NCBI GenBank assembly: GCA_965200315.1
Contig: OZ241362.1
Coordinates: 2,144,001 to 2,208,000, forward strand
Direction of reading: 5' to 3'
Length of the DNA: 64,000 nt
DNA from: Candidatus Latescibacterota bacterium
Lineage (GTDB): Bacteria; Latescibacterota; UBA2968; UBA8231
Shown piece after piece: positions 1-9,773 of this stretch. Made by a program: the position numbers and the translations under genes. The notes under the pieces are model-generated. The model ran no database searches, was not told the DNA's origin, and saw nothing but the letters and a program-made list of their open reading frames with translations. Each line of letters opens with the position of its first letter. Within the stretch, counting starts at the first letter, position 1.

Positions 1-2
1 CC

Positions 3-194
3 CAAGCCCCGTTTATAGAGCTGCTGCCCCTTTCGGTGGATATAGCCCTCGAATCGGCGCATTTGCCTGGTTCCTTCCACAAAGACCCGGCCGACCAAAT
101 GATCGTCGCCACAGCGCGGCTGCACAGTCTGGTGCTAATCAGTGCCGACCAACGGCTGTGCGCCTATCCACACGTGCAAACAAAGTGGCGATAG
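3..194 (+). CDS. PIN-domain (VapC-like) toxin, 3' end only
   Basis: Manual translation of frame 3: ...ALESAHLPGSFHKDPADQMIVATARLHSLVLISADQRL...KWR*. The H-x-D-P-x-D-x-x-I-x-A and (T/S)-x-D motifs are typical of VapC. Absent from the ORF track; truncated at the window edge. Confidence 0.8.
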   Translation, partial: QAPFIELLPLSVDIALESAHLPGSFHKDPADQMIVATARLHSLVLISADQRLCAYPHVQTKWR

Positions 195-362
195 CAAATC
201 AATGGGGCTTATATACGTGAGTGACCAACAGTTGGTGAAGATCTGATAGCTGGGAAACCGACGGACTTTGCGGCTCCACAAATTTGCTTACTGCTGGATA
301 TTAGTCAAGATACCCGGTCTTGTTTCTACTATTCTGCGGCCATCTGCGGATACCAAACGCAA

Positions 363-1043
363 CTACGCCAGTTGCTCGTCCGAAGCGATGCGACCGTCGT
401 GGATGCGGATCAGCCGCTTGGCCTGTAAGGCAATAGCGGGATCGTGGGTCACCAACAGCACGGTGTTGCCCTCCTCGTGCAGGGCGTCGAAGAGGATCAT
501 AATATCCTCGCCCGTTTGCGAATCGAGGTTGCCGGTCGGCTCGTCGGCCAATAGCAGCGAAGGCCCGTTAGCTAAGGCGCGGGCAATGGCCACCCGCTGA
601 CATTGCCCGCCGGACAGCTCGGCTGGACGGTGCGTCATGCGGTCGGCCAAGCCAACCCGCTCCAACGCCTGAATCGCCCGGGTGCGGCGCACCTTGCGAC
701 GCTGGCCGTTGTAGATCAGCGGCAGCTCGACGTTTTGCAGCGCCGACGCACGCGGCAGCAAGTTGAAGGTCTGGAAGATGAAGCCGACGCGGCTGTTGCG
801 CACTTCGGCCAGCTCGTTGGCATTCATGCGCGACACATCTGCGCCGGCCAAGCGATACGTTCCGTCCGTGGGCGAATCGAGGCAGCCGAGGATGTTCATC
901 AGCGTGGACTTGCCCGAGCCAGAAGGCCCCATCAGCGCGACGTATTCGTTGGCGTCAATTGCCAAATCCACCGAGCGCAGCGCATGCACCTCTTCGGCAC
1001 CGCGCACGTAAACCTTGCTAACACCATTCAGTTCGATCAGCAC
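363..1043 (-). CDS. ABC transporter ATP-binding protein (LolD/MacB-like)
   Basis: Walker A GPSGSGKS, signature LSGGQ, Walker [14 protein letters not shown]-loop VTHD. Start moved to GTG 1043, just after the upstream permease stop. Confidence 0.92.
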   Translation of the reverse strand: MLIELNGVSKVYVRGAEEVHALRSVDLAIDANEYVALMGPSGSGKSTLMNILGCLDSPTDGTYRLAGADVSRMNANELAEVRNSRVGFIFQTFNLLPRASALQNVELPLIYNGQRRKVRRTRAIQALERVGLADRMTHRPAELSGGQCQRVAIARALANGPSLLLADEPTGNLDSQTGEDIMILFDALHEEGNTVLLVTHDPAIALQAKRLIRIHDGRIASDEQLA

Positions 1044-1047
1044 GAAA

Positions 1048-2271
1048 TCACTCCGAGCGCAACGCATCCACCGGATCGAGCCGCGAGGCGCGGGCCGCCG
1101 GATAGATGCCAAAGAAAAGGCCAATCGCGATAGACAAGGCCAGCACCAGCAGCGTGGCCTCCGGCGAAACAATGCTGGGAAAGTCCAATTCGCTGTAATG
1201 GGAAATGACGCGCGTAATGCCCTCGCCCAACCCATAGCCCGCAGCCACCCCGAGCGCTCCCCCCGTCCAACTCAGAGCCATCGCCTCTATCACGAACTGC
1301 CACAACAGCGTCACCGGCTTGGCACCGAGAGCCTTGCGGATGCCAATTTCGCGGGTGCGCTCGGCGACCGATACCAGCAGGATGTTCATAATGCCAATGC
1401 CGCCGACCAACAGCGAAATCCCCGCAATCCCACCCACGACCAACTTCAACAGCAAAATGGTCTGCTCGACCTGCTCCAAGATGCTGCGACCGCTGACGAT
1501 CTGATAGCTAGCCTCTGGGCCGTGGCGCTTTTTGAGCGCCTTTTCAATGGCCTCGGTAATGTGGGGCACGTCTTCGCTCTCCTTGGCGTGAGCGACCAAG
1601 GCTTGGATGTACTTGTTGCCGGCGAGCCGTCGCTGGGCCGTGGTCACTGGCACCAACACTTGGTCTCCCCAGTCTCGGCCGAAAGTCTGGCGCTCTTCCA
1701 TCAGGCCGACAACGGTAAAGCGCTGGCCGTTGAGCTTGAGCTCGCGGCCCAAGAAGGGGGCCAAGCCAAACACCTCCTCGCGCACCTTCTGCCCAATCAC
1801 GCAGACCCGGCGCAGCTTGTCCAAGTCGGCGTTGATGAGGAAGCGACCCTCGGCGACCTTCCAGTTGTACACCTCGGCGAACTCGGGCAGGGTACCATCC
1901 GCACTGCTCTGGTAGCTGGCCTTGCGATAGCGCAGCTTGGCCCCATGCGTCATAGAGGGCAGGACCGCGGCTAAACGATCAGAGGCTTGCTCGACTACGC
2001 GCAGGTCATCCATGGTCAAGGGCTTGTAGTGAGGGTTGGGGACCCAGCGGCCGTCCTTGAGCTGCATGTATTGCGGCGTAATCATCACGAACTGCGCCCC
2101 GCCTAACTTGCCGAACTCGTCAATGACAAACTGCCGCATCCCCTCGCCAATCGACACGATGCCGACGACCGCGCCGACCCCAATCATCATGCCCAGCAGG
2201 GTCAGCGCCGTGCGCAGCTTGTTGACCCATATTTGCCCGAGGGCAATGCGGATGGCTTCGAGGAAGATCAT
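1048..2271 (-). CDS. ABC transporter permease (MacB/FtsX family)
   Basis: N-terminal [17 protein letters not shown]; C-terminal [27 protein letters not shown] and [19 protein letters not shown] 2271 overlaps the upstream stop (ATGA). Confidence 0.92.
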   Translation of the reverse strand: MIFLEAIRIALGQIWVNKLRTALTLLGMMIGVGAVVGIVSIGEGMRQFVIDEFGKLGGAQFVMITPQYMQLKDGRWVPNPHYKPLTMDDLRVVEQASDRLAAVLPSMTHGAKLRYRKASYQSSADGTLPEFAEVYNWKVAEGRFLINADLDKLRRVCVIGQKVREEVFGLAPFLGRELKLNGQRFTVVGLMEERQTFGRDWGDQVLVPVTTAQRRLAGNKYIQALVAHAKESEDVPHITEAIEKALKKRHGPEASYQIVSGRSILEQVEQTILLLKLVVGGIAGISLLVGGIGIMNILLVSVAERTREIGIRKALGAKPVTLLWQFVIEAMALSWTGGALGVAAGYGLGEGITRVISHYSELDFPSIVSPEATLLVLALSIAIGLFFGIYPAARASRLDPVDALRSE

Positions 2272-3497
2272 GTGCGGCGCAGCGCTTCTACCGGATCGAG
2301 CCGGGCCGCGCGAAAGGCGGGATAGACGCCAAAAAAGATGCCGACCACCGATGAAAAGCCGACGGCCCACAGCACGGACTCAGCCGAGACAATGCTGGTA
2401 AAAGGCGCGCCGGGCGCGAGCTGCTGAATGATGAAAGCGGCCCCCAAGCCAAAGCCGAAGCCGCAGAGGATCCCCAACAGGCCGCCGACCATGCTCAACA
2501 CCACGGCCTCGGCGAGGAACTGGCCGAGGATGTGGCGCGGCTTGGCGCCGAGAGCCTTGCGGATGCCAATCTCGCGGGTGCGTTCGGCCACCGACACCAG
2601 CAAGATATTCATAATGCCAATGCCGCCGACCAACAGCGAAATCCCCGCAATCCCACCGCCCACTTGCTGCAAGACGCGGAAGAACTCATTGGCGTCATCG
2701 ATCTGTCCCTCGCTGGTTTCCACTTCAAAGGCGTCACCGTGCTCGTGGTGTCGCCGGAGGATGCGGCGCACCGCTTCAACGACCCGCTCAACGGTGTCTA
2801 AATCCTCGACGAAGAGCGTGAGTTCCGAGAAGTGATCCTCGCCTTGCAGCCGCTTTTGGGCTGTGGTGTACGGGACCAATACGCGGTTGCCCCTGCTCTG
2901 ACCAAAGCGGACGCGCTCGGCGAGCACGCCAATCACCACGTAGCGGTCGCCGTTGAGCAGGATCTCCGCGCCCAGCGGGTCGGCCCTCTGAAAGAGGTCT
3001 TTATGCACATCACCGCCGAGCAGGCAGACCTTGCGGGCGAGGCGCAAGTCGTCCGCACTCAGGGGCCGGCCGCTGGTCACAGGCCAGTTGAAGCCTTCGT
3101 TGAACGCCCCGGAAGTGCCCGTATAGCTCGCCTGCACGGTGGTCTTGCCGCGCTGTAGGGCGGCACTGCCCTCGACGCTAGGCACGAGGGCGTGTAACTC
3201 GTCTATTTCTCGCTGCATGGCCGCCATGTCGGCCGCAGTCAGATGCTCCTGCCACGGGCGGCGCACCCAGCGGCCATCCTTGCGCACCCACTGGCGCGGC
3301 GGCTCCACCTCTATCATGCCCGCCCCACCGCTGAAAATGAACTGCGAGATCACCTCGCGGCGCAGTCCCTCCCCCAGCGACACCACGGCAATGATCGCCG
3401 CCACGCCAATGACAATCCCTAGCAGCGTCAGCAGCGAGCGCAGCTTATGCGCCCGGAGCTGACCTAGGCCGGCAAAGAGGGGTTCGAGAACGGTCAT
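2268..3497 (-). CDS. ABC transporter permease (MacB/FtsX family), paralogue
   Basis: Same MacB motifs (RSLLTLLGIVIGV; [14 protein letters not shown]). Start set at MTVLEP. Confidence 0.92.
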   Translation of the reverse strand: MTVLEPLFAGLGQLRAHKLRSLLTLLGIVIGVAAIIAVVSLGEGLRREVISQFIFSGGAGMIEVEPPRQWVRKDGRWVRRPWQEHLTAADMAAMQREIDELHALVPSVEGSAALQRGKTTVQASYTGTSGAFNEGFNWPVTSGRPLSADDLRLARKVCLLGGDVHKDLFQRADPLGAEILLNGDRYVVIGVLAERVRFGQSRGNRVLVPYTTAQKRLQGEDHFSELTLFVEDLDTVERVVEAVRRILRRHHEHGDAFEVETSEGQIDDANEFFRVLQQVGGGIAGISLLVGGIGIMNILLVSVAERTREIGIRKALGAKPRHILGQFLAEAVVLSMVGGLLGILCGFGFGLGAAFIIQQLAPGAPFTSIVSAESVLWAVGFSSVVGIFFGVYPAFRAARLDPVEALRRT

Positions 3498-3649
3498 CGG
3501 CGTTTTTCGTCCTTTAGCTTTAGGTCGAAGACGCAGCAATTAAAGCGTTGAAGATAAGCCATATAACTACAAGCCCAAAACGGCACCGAGAATTCCACTC
3601 CCGTTAATTTGGCCAACGACGATCAGCCCTATCTTGCACCGCCGATATG

Positions 3650-3687
3650 TATTGACTAAATTTATTCATTACCTATTGACTAAATTT
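3650..3687 (+). promoter_or_regulatory. 14-bp direct repeat TATTGACTAAATTT x2 in an AT-rich promoter region
   Basis: Copies at 3650-3663 and 3674-3687, followed by TATAAT at 3689-3694, upstream of the AAA ATPase gene. Confidence 0.45.
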
Positions 3688-3715
3688 TTATAATAAACGT
3701 AACTACAATATATCA

Positions 3716-5101
3716 ATGAATTTAGAAGAATTCCAAATTCACAATAGTCATCTTGAAGGTGCCTTTTCCGACCTCGACCCGCACCTCAGACGCCTGCGCA
3801 ATCAGCCCCTAATCTATCGCTTTCCCCTCCTCGACCGCCTGCCGCGCAACCAGCCGGGCATTTACACGGTGGGCGGGGGCCGCCAGATTGGCAAAACTAC
3901 CCTGCTCAAACAGTGGATGGCCGACCTCCTTGCAACCGGCGTTGACCCAGCTCGTCTGCGCTTTTTCACCGGCGAACTCATCGACGATCACCACGCGCTA
4001 GTGCGCTTGGTATCAACTCTACTGCGAGAAATGCCCACCGAGGGCCGGCGCTATATCCTGCTTGACGAAGTAACCTATATCGCCGGTTGGGACAAGGGGA
4101 TCAAGTACCTCGCCGACGCCGGCTTGCTCGAAGGCGTCGTGCTCATTGCGACCGGCTCGGACATGGCGGTCATCCAAGAGGCCCGCATGCGTTTTCCTGG
4201 CCGCAGAGGGCAAGCCGCAGAGGTTGACTTTCACCTCTATCCCCTGAGCTTTGCCGCGGCCGTGGGTCTAAAGCGCTCGCTGAGCAGCCAAGAGTTGCTA
4301 CAATTGGCACAGCCTAAATCGCCGCTACCCGAAGAGATAGAGCAAGTCCTGCGCGAGGAATTTCTCGCCTATCTAGTCCACGGCGGCTTTCTCACCGCCA
4401 TCAACGATATGGCTCGCCACGACTGCATCCTTCCGGCCACATTCGCCACGTACAGCGACTGGATACGCGGAGATATGCTCAAGCGCGGCAAACAGGAGCA
4501 CTATTTGGGCGAAGTGCTGGCCGCCATTGTCCGCTGCTGCGGCACCCAGACCACGTATAACGCCTTGGCCCGCACACTTAGCATCGACCATCCCGCTACC
4601 GTGAGCGACTATATCGCCCTGCTCACCTCTATGGATGTCCTCCGCATGCAGCCGGCCTTGCGCGAGGACAAGCTGACCGGTGCGCCGAAAAAGGCACGCA
4701 GAATCAGCTTTTGCGATCCCTTCATTTTCCACGCCGTGCAAAGCTGGCTACACGCGGCGCAGGACCCTTTCGCCACCGAGGTGCGCCCCCTCCTCGCCGA
4801 CCCCGAGCTCACCGCCACCCTAGTAGAAGCCTGCGCCGTTGCCCATTATAGCCGTCGCTATCCCACCTACTATATCAAAGGCGAGGGCGAAGTGGATATC
4901 GCTTATGTAAAAGACGGTCGTTTTTGGCCCGTGGAAATCAATTGGACGGACCAGTTGCGGCCTAAGACGCTCAAGCAGATCAGCAAGTACGCCAACAGCC
5001 GCATCCTCACCCGCCGGAGTGCGCCAGCGAAAATAGGAGGTATTCCCGTCGAGTTCCTGCCCCAGGCCCTGCTGCGCCTAGACCTAGAGGAGCGGACTTA
5101 A
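3716..5101 (+). CDS. AAA+ ATPase (AAA_14 + DUF4143-like)
   Basis: Walker A GGRQIGKTT, Walker B YILLDEV, ATGS, HGGF, and C-terminal GEVDI...PVEI nuclease-like motif. Confidence 0.85.
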   Translation: MNLEEFQIHNSHLEGAFSDLDPHLRRLRNQPLIYRFPLLDRLPRNQPGIYTVGGGRQIGKTTLLKQWMADLLATGVDPARLRFFTGELIDDHHALVRLVSTLLREMPTEGRRYILLDEVTYIAGWDKGIKYLADAGLLEGVVLIATGSDMAVIQEARMRFPGRRGQAAEVDFHLYPLSFAAAVGLKRSLSSQELLQLAQPKSPLPEEIEQVLREEFLAYLVHGGFLTAINDMARHDCILPATFATYSDWIRGDMLKRGKQEHYLGEVLAAIVRCCGTQTTYNALARTLSIDHPATVSDYIALLTSMDVLRMQPALREDKLTGAPKKARRISFCDPFIFHAVQSWLHAAQDPFATEVRPLLADPELTATLVEACAVAHYSRRYPTYYIKGEGEVDIAYVKDGRFWPVEINWTDQLRPKTLKQISKYANSRILTRRSAPAKIGGIPVEFLPQALLRLDLEERT

Positions 5102-5298
5102 AACGTCATCCCTTTCAGCCGACCGCAACCTCGGTCTCCTCCTCATCTTCCAGGACTTGGAACAAGACGCCTCGATCAAAGCAAGACTGCCCGGGCAGGA
5201 TGGTCTCCCTGTATGCACTCCGCAAGCAGGCATCCGGAACGCACCGCACAGCCGTCGGCCGGAGCCGGCCCCTAGCCCACGGGCCGATAGGTTAGGCT

Positions 5299-5350
5299 GG
5301 ATTCCCGCCCCGTGTCGGGGCACGGGGTGACGTTCTTGCGCGGGAATGAC
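5299..5350. repeat. GATTCCCGC...GCGGGAATGAC palindromic repeat (dRS3-like)
   Basis: Same ends recur at 60692-60715 (GATTCCCGCATGCGCGGGAATGAC). This copy carries an internal insertion. Confidence 0.6.
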
Positions 5351-5437
5351 AACGGGGGAACGGCAGGAAGCAGCACAGGCTATATGAAGACCGCGTAACG
5401 GCAGTTATCTAACTGACGTTACACAAGCCCTAGGTCA

Positions 5438-5597
5438 GAAGCTGTTGAGTTATCCGGCGGTGGTTTCGATTCTCTTCGCAAGCCCTATCCCCCCGGCCCC
5501 CTTTCCGACGCGGAAAGGGGGACAACAGCCGGTTCGCCCTGCCTCGCAGGAAGGGGGGCTAAGGGGTAGGTCTCACGAAGAATAGCTCAACAGCTTC
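5438..5597. mobile_element. 160-bp MITE with 16-bp terminal inverted repeats and TCA target duplication
   Basis: GAAGCTGTTGAGTTAT (5438-5453) vs ATAGCTCAACAGCTTC (5582-5597), one mismatch; TCA at 5435-5437 and 5598-5600. Confidence 0.7.
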
Positions 5598-5659
5598 TCA
5601 GGGATGCTTCCCTTCGCTCAGCATGACAAGCGTCGGCGCGTTCCCTTGCTCTGTCGGGC

Positions 5660-6967
5660 TCAGCGTTCCTCGTCCTCCTCGTCCTTCTCCGCATCTTCGT
5701 TCCCCTCCAACTTGCTGCGAATGAGGCTGGGGTCTTCGGCAACGCGGTCGCCGCTGGCAAGGCCGGAGAGAATTTCAAAGCGCGTCGAAGTCTCAATGCC
5801 GATGGCCAATTCCACCTCGGCGAAAGCACTGAGCGGCAGGTGCAGCGCACTGTCTGGGCGCGTGCTGTCCGCCGCTGCGGCGAGCGAATCCGGCGACTCG
5901 GCCATATAGGCGACAAAACGGCCGTGCTCGTCTTCTTCGTCCTCGTCGTCAAACACTTCCAGCACCCGCTCCACCGGCAGGTACACCGCGCTGTCGCGCC
6001 GCGCAAACAGAATGTCGATGTCGCACGACATGCCCTGGCGCAGGCGCGGCGCGTGGTCGGTAATCTCGATCTCGGTGTCAAAGGTGACGATGGTGCTGCC
6101 CTGCCGCTGCTGACCCACCGGAGCGATCCAGCGCACCCGACCGCCATACGTGGTGTCGGGATACGCATCCACGACAATGTCCACGGCTTGGCCAACCTCC
6201 ACCCGGCCAATGTCGATTTCCGCGATGTCGCCGCGCACGATGAGCTGGCTGGGGTCGCCGATCTGGAACAGTACCGTCCCGCCAGAATACGACGACAGCC
6301 CAGAGGCCACCACCTCGCCGATTTCCACGTTGCGGCGGATGACAATGCCGTCAATCGGGGCGAGGACGCGCATCTCGTCGAGCGCGACTTGATCTTCTGA
6401 GAGTTGGTCGCGCTGTAGGTTGGCCTTGGCTTCGAGCATGTCGAGTTCGAGTTGGGCTAAGCGCAGGCCGGTGCGCGCGCGCGTCAGGCGCACCTCGGCT
6501 TCCTCAAACTGCTTGGCCGGTATCATCTTGCGGTCGAACAGGGCCTTCTGACGCTCAAAGTTCCGCTCCTGCTCCGCTAGGTCAATTTTGCCCTGCTCCA
6601 CGCTGGAACGCTTCTGATACAATTGCAGCGATTGATTGGGGTCTGGCTCGATGACGGCCATCAGTTCGCCCGTCTCCACCCACTCGCCAGCCTCTATGGG
6701 CAAGTCGCGGATTTCGCCGGCAATGGTGGATTTGACCTCCACGGTCCGCACCAGCTTGATGCGGCCGGTTTCAGCCAGCTTATCGACGACCGCGCCCCGC
6801 TCGACGAGTGCCGTGGGATAGGTTGCTTCGGCCTTTTCCTGCCGCAGGTTGAAATAGACCGCCGCTCCGACCGAGCCGGCCAACAGCAAGAAGACGAGGA
6901 GCTTTACGAGGCGACGTCTTTGAGTCGTTGGGGACACCAGATTAGCCTTGGGGGGCAAAGGCTGCAC
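5660..6967 (-). CDS. Efflux periplasmic adaptor subunit (MacA/HlyD family)
   Basis: N-terminal TM helix, lipoyl-like halves VKSTIAGEI / APIDGIV...GEVV, coiled-coil hairpin, EILSGLASGD. Confidence 0.9.
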   Translation of the reverse strand: MQPLPPKANLVSPTTQRRRLVKLLVFLLLAGSVGAAVYFNLRQEKAEATYPTALVERGAVVDKLAETGRIKLVRTVEVKSTIAGEIRDLPIEAGEWVETGELMAVIEPDPNQSLQLYQKRSSVEQGKIDLAEQERNFERQKALFDRKMIPAKQFEEAEVRLTRARTGLRLAQLELDMLEAKANLQRDQLSEDQVALDEMRVLAPIDGIVIRRNVEIGEVVASGLSSYSGGTVLFQIGDPSQLIVRGDIAEIDIGRVEVGQAVDIVVDAYPDTTYGGRVRWIAPVGQQRQGSTIVTFDTEIEITDHAPRLRQGMSCDIDILFARRDSAVYLPVERVLEVFDDEDEEDEHGRFVAYMAESPDSLAAAADSTRPDSALHLPLSAFAEVELAIGIETSTRFEILSGLASGDRVAEDPSLIRSKLEGNEDAEKDEEDEER

Positions 6968-7658
6968 CGAGCGAAGCGAACCCGGCGATCCAACCTATCC
7001 AAAGGAGCGACAGCACAATGGCCCCAATGTAAGCCCGGCTGCGATCTACCTGCCCGACGATGGACAGACCAAGCCCGACGAGCACGGTCCACCAAATTAA
7101 AAATGGGTCCATTTCGGCCAGAAAGCGCCCGCCGAAACTTTGCAGGGCCTCCTCGGACAGGAAAAGCCCTAGCCCCATTTGGATTTCCGTCGTCTTACTG
7201 GCCGAAATGAGCAGCGCAGCGACTATTTGTTGGGGAAGGATGACCAGCCCGGCGTAGGCCATTATGGCGAGGGCTTGGCCGTAGGAGAGCAAGCCGCCGA
7301 ATAATTTGCCCAGCACTAGGCAAAGCACAGCGGAGATGAAGAGGTAAATGAACATCACAATCGGCGTAGCGATCAGGGTCGCCACTTGGCCCGCGCCTTG
7401 GGATTGGAACTTCTCCACCATTTCGCGCTCATCGGCGGACATGTCTTTCATCTGCTGCATGTTCTCTTGGTGGGCCTCGGTTGCGATGGGTAGGACGAGC
7501 AGGGCGGCTGCCGTCGTCACTGCGGCAAGTAACGCGGTCGGCACCAGCCAGTCGGCGACACTGCGCTGCTCGCTTACAGCCTCAAAGGTCTCGGATGGAG
7601 CGTAGAAGACGCGCAATATGCGGCCGACGATGCTCATTTCTGCTTGGGGACTTTCCAT
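6942..7658 (-). CDS. Yip1-family membrane protein
   Basis: VFYAPSETF N-terminal motif and about 5 TM helices; YknW-like position upstream of a MacA/MacB set. Confidence 0.75.
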   Translation of the reverse strand: MESPQAEMSIVGRILRVFYAPSETFEAVSEQRSVADWLVPTALLAAVTTAAALLVLPIATEAHQENMQQMKDMSADEREMVEKFQSQGAGQVATLIATPIVMFIYLFISAVLCLVLGKLFGGLLSYGQALAIMAYAGLVILPQQIVAALLISASKTTEIQMGLGLFLSEEALQSFGGRFLAEMDPFLIWWTVLVGLGLSIVGQVDRSRAYIGAIVLSLLWIGWIAGFASLGAAFAPQG

Positions 7659-7811
7659 GGCAGTTCCTTTGTGTGGGAGGTTTTCGCCGACAGCGGCGAA
7701 TGTTCCGGTTATAAGCAAACTAACGATTGCCTAGCACATATCCAAACAAAGAGGCCAAGGTCGTCTAGGGCTCCAATCAGGGCCAATGCCAATAGAGAGG
7801 AGACTGAATGT

Positions 7812-8801
7812 TCACAACCACTGCAACAAGAACCGAGCCTGTGCCTCCTCTAGGCTTAGCAGGCCCTCGACGCACTCGCGGATGCGCTTGAGCATGGCCG
7901 CCGGGTCGTTGTACGCTCCCTTGCAGAACAAATCGCTCGTCGTCTCCCAACGCTGGCCTATGTCCCCAAAGGCATCGGCCGACGCCGACAGAGCACCCAA
8001 GCCGGTTGCCGCCGCCAGCCGCCGCAGGTTGTCGTCCAGCCGCCGGCGCTGTGGGCCGAGTAGGGCCATCTCGCTGAACACCTCCCGCATCCAAGCGCGC
8101 ATACTCTCTGCGTCCCGCTCAGTCTGACGCTCCAGCTCCTCGACAAAGCGCTGCGCGGCCGGCAGGCCCGTCTCTACCCGGCCGACCTTGCTACCCGCGA
8201 GCATCTCCCGCACATCATCCAACAGCACCTGCTCCATCCTTTCGACAGGATAGGGATCGAGGCCCTCGGGCACTGCGTAGTCGTACAACAACAATTCGGG
8301 TAACATGTCGGGCAGACGCGAAATCGGCACCTGCCCCACAAAGCCCTGCGGATTGACCAAGATCATCAACACGTCCGCCACTCGATCGTACCCATAGATG
8401 AGCATGGCTTCACTCGCGCCGGGTACGCGATTGTAGCGAAAGGCCGCATCTTTCACATCGCGGGCATCCACCCAAGCGAGCAGCACTCGATCTGCGGCAA
8501 GCGACTCTTCAATCGCCTGCCATAGATCGGCAAAATTATCGCGGCGCACCTCGCGACGCTCAATTCCGTAGAGATAGTACAAGTTGCGATGGAGCAACTC
8601 ATCGGCAGGCAGACCGACCGGCATTCGCTCCTCGGCGTCAAAAAAGAACGACCAACCCATCAAGGCTCCGTAGTACGCTCGCTCGTCGGCGAGTTGGGGG
8701 CTGTAGTATTGGAGCGCGGCCATAATAGTCTCTCCAGAGGCGAACAACGTGGGATGCCCCTCGACTCGGTAGAGATCAACAGGATGAAGTACCTTCTTCA
8801 C
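7812..8801 (-). CDS. BtrH N-terminal-like (papain/C39-fold) protein, probably catalytically degenerate
   Basis: IEESLAADRVLLAWVD and MLIYGYD resemble BtrH_N, followed by a helical C-terminal domain (TGLPAAQRF). RBS GAGGA before GTG. Confidence 0.55.
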   Translation of the reverse strand: MKKVLHPVDLYRVEGHPTLFASGETIMAALQYYSPQLADERAYYGALMGWSFFFDAEERMPVGLPADELLHRNLYYLYGIERREVRRDNFADLWQAIEESLAADRVLLAWVDARDVKDAAFRYNRVPGASEAMLIYGYDRVADVLMILVNPQGFVGQVPISRLPDMLPELLLYDYAVPEGLDPYPVERMEQVLLDDVREMLAGSKVGRVETGLPAAQRFVEELERQTERDAESMRAWMREVFSEMALLGPQRRRLDDNLRRLAAATGLGALSASADAFGDIGQRWETTSDLFCKGAYNDPAAMLKRIRECVEGLLSLEEAQARFLLQWL

Positions 8802-8980
8802 GGTATCCTCAATTGGTTAGAAGGTGAGTTGCCAAAATCAGGGCAAGGCACACGTCTAAAAAGGACTTCTGCTCTAGACAATGGATGGGATGGTAATGAC
8901 AAGTCGCCTTGGGTCAGGGCGGATATGACCCATCTCCTTCGGAGAAGGGGAACAGGCGGCCCCCTCGGGGGCCGGGCCAC

Positions 8981-9115
8981 GTTCAACATTCCCTGCAGAG
9001 TGCAGCGATGTCTCTACCTATTCGCCAAGGCGGAGGGAGCGACCCTTCGCCGGGTCTCGGCTATTGTATTCAGCAGATGACCCGACTACGGCGGGATCTG
9101 CAAGGAATGCTGAAC
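8981..9115 (-). ncRNA. Unassigned structured RNA / 5' leader candidate
   Basis: An 18-19 bp closing stem GUUCAGCAUUCCUUGCAG / CUGCAGGGAAUGUUGAAC (two G-U pairs on the minus strand) encloses several hairpins. It starts 7 nt after a sigma70-like -10 box. Confidence 0.5.
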
Positions 9116-9121
9116 ACTCTG

Positions 9122-9151
9122 AAGATAGGAGAAGATGGCCGCTGGCGACAA
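9122..9151 (-). promoter_or_regulatory. Putative sigma70 promoter TTGTCG-N18-TATCTT
   Basis: -35 at 9146-9151 and -10 at 9122-9127 on the minus strand, directly after a terminator. Confidence 0.45.
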
Positions 9152-9174
9152 GGCCAACTTGTTTTGTGCTGGGC

Positions 9175-9200
9175 AAAAAAATCAGCCCCTTGCGGAGCTG
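9175..9200 (-). terminator. Rho-independent terminator after the DUF1854 gene
   Basis: Minus strand CAGCUCC-GCAA-GGGGCUG-A followed by U7. Confidence 0.75.
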
Positions 9201-9229
9201 ATCGGCAGGACGGCAACGGCGAGGACTAA

Positions 9230-9760
9230 TCAGACGACTTGTTCAACCGCGGCCAAGCTCTTCTTATCCAATTCGTCGAGGCGCGGAATTTCAAAGCGGT
9301 TGCCATCCACATCGGTGATCAGCAGCCGGTGGTCGCCGAGCCATTGGGCGTTTTCCGAGACGTTCTGAACGACGAACTCGCGCGGGCCGCGATCGGTCTG
9401 CACGTCCCAATACGAGGTGCCGTATTCGTTGCGCACCGCATTGACCTGCTGAATCGCCGCCGTCAAGTAGCGGCGGTCCAGCTCTTCCTCAATCAAGGCG
9501 CACGCTTCTAAATCGAGCTGTTTGAGATCGTCAATCATACAGATCTCCTCGTCTTTGGCGTCGAGGAGGCAGATATAGCGGGTCGGATGCGACAGCGGCG
9601 CGGCGCGGACGACCTTCACCTTCAGGTATGAGCGGTCGCCTTCAATGGTCAAGCGCAATATCCAAGCCGGCGCCCGGAAGAGGCGCAGCTTGTCAATTTC
9701 TACGTGCTCGGGGTGAGTCACGGAAATCGGGGTGATCGCTAATTTTGCGTTATCTGTCAT
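9230..9760 (-). CDS. DUF1854 family protein
   Basis: VRAAPLSHP..YI, LIEEELDRRY, WDVQTDRG, LLITDVDGNRF motifs; typical position downstream of an ABC transporter. Confidence 0.8.
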   Translation of the reverse strand: MTDNAKLAITPISVTHPEHVEIDKLRLFRAPAWILRLTIEGDRSYLKVKVVRAAPLSHPTRYICLLDAKDEEICMIDDLKQLDLEACALIEEELDRRYLTAAIQQVNAVRNEYGTSYWDVQTDRGPREFVVQNVSENAQWLGDHRLLITDVDGNRFEIPRLDELDKKSLAAVEQVV

Positions 9761-9773
9761 TGCATCTTCCTCG

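Noticed and set aside
1316-2655. Near-identical nucleotide stretch shared by the two MacB permeases as gene conversion
   Set aside because: It encodes the most conserved MacB motif and shows several synonymous differences; ordinary paralogy suffices.
8798-8989. 63-aa uORF whose stop overlaps the BtrH-like start
   Set aside because: No clear RBS, the start lies inside the long RNA stem, and the composition is uninformative.
8981-9115. Retron msr-msd, 6S RNA or a known riboswitch
   Set aside because: No reverse transcriptase in the window, too short for typical 6S, and no full consensus of SAM, c-di-AMP, ykkC or HDV motifs recognised by eye.
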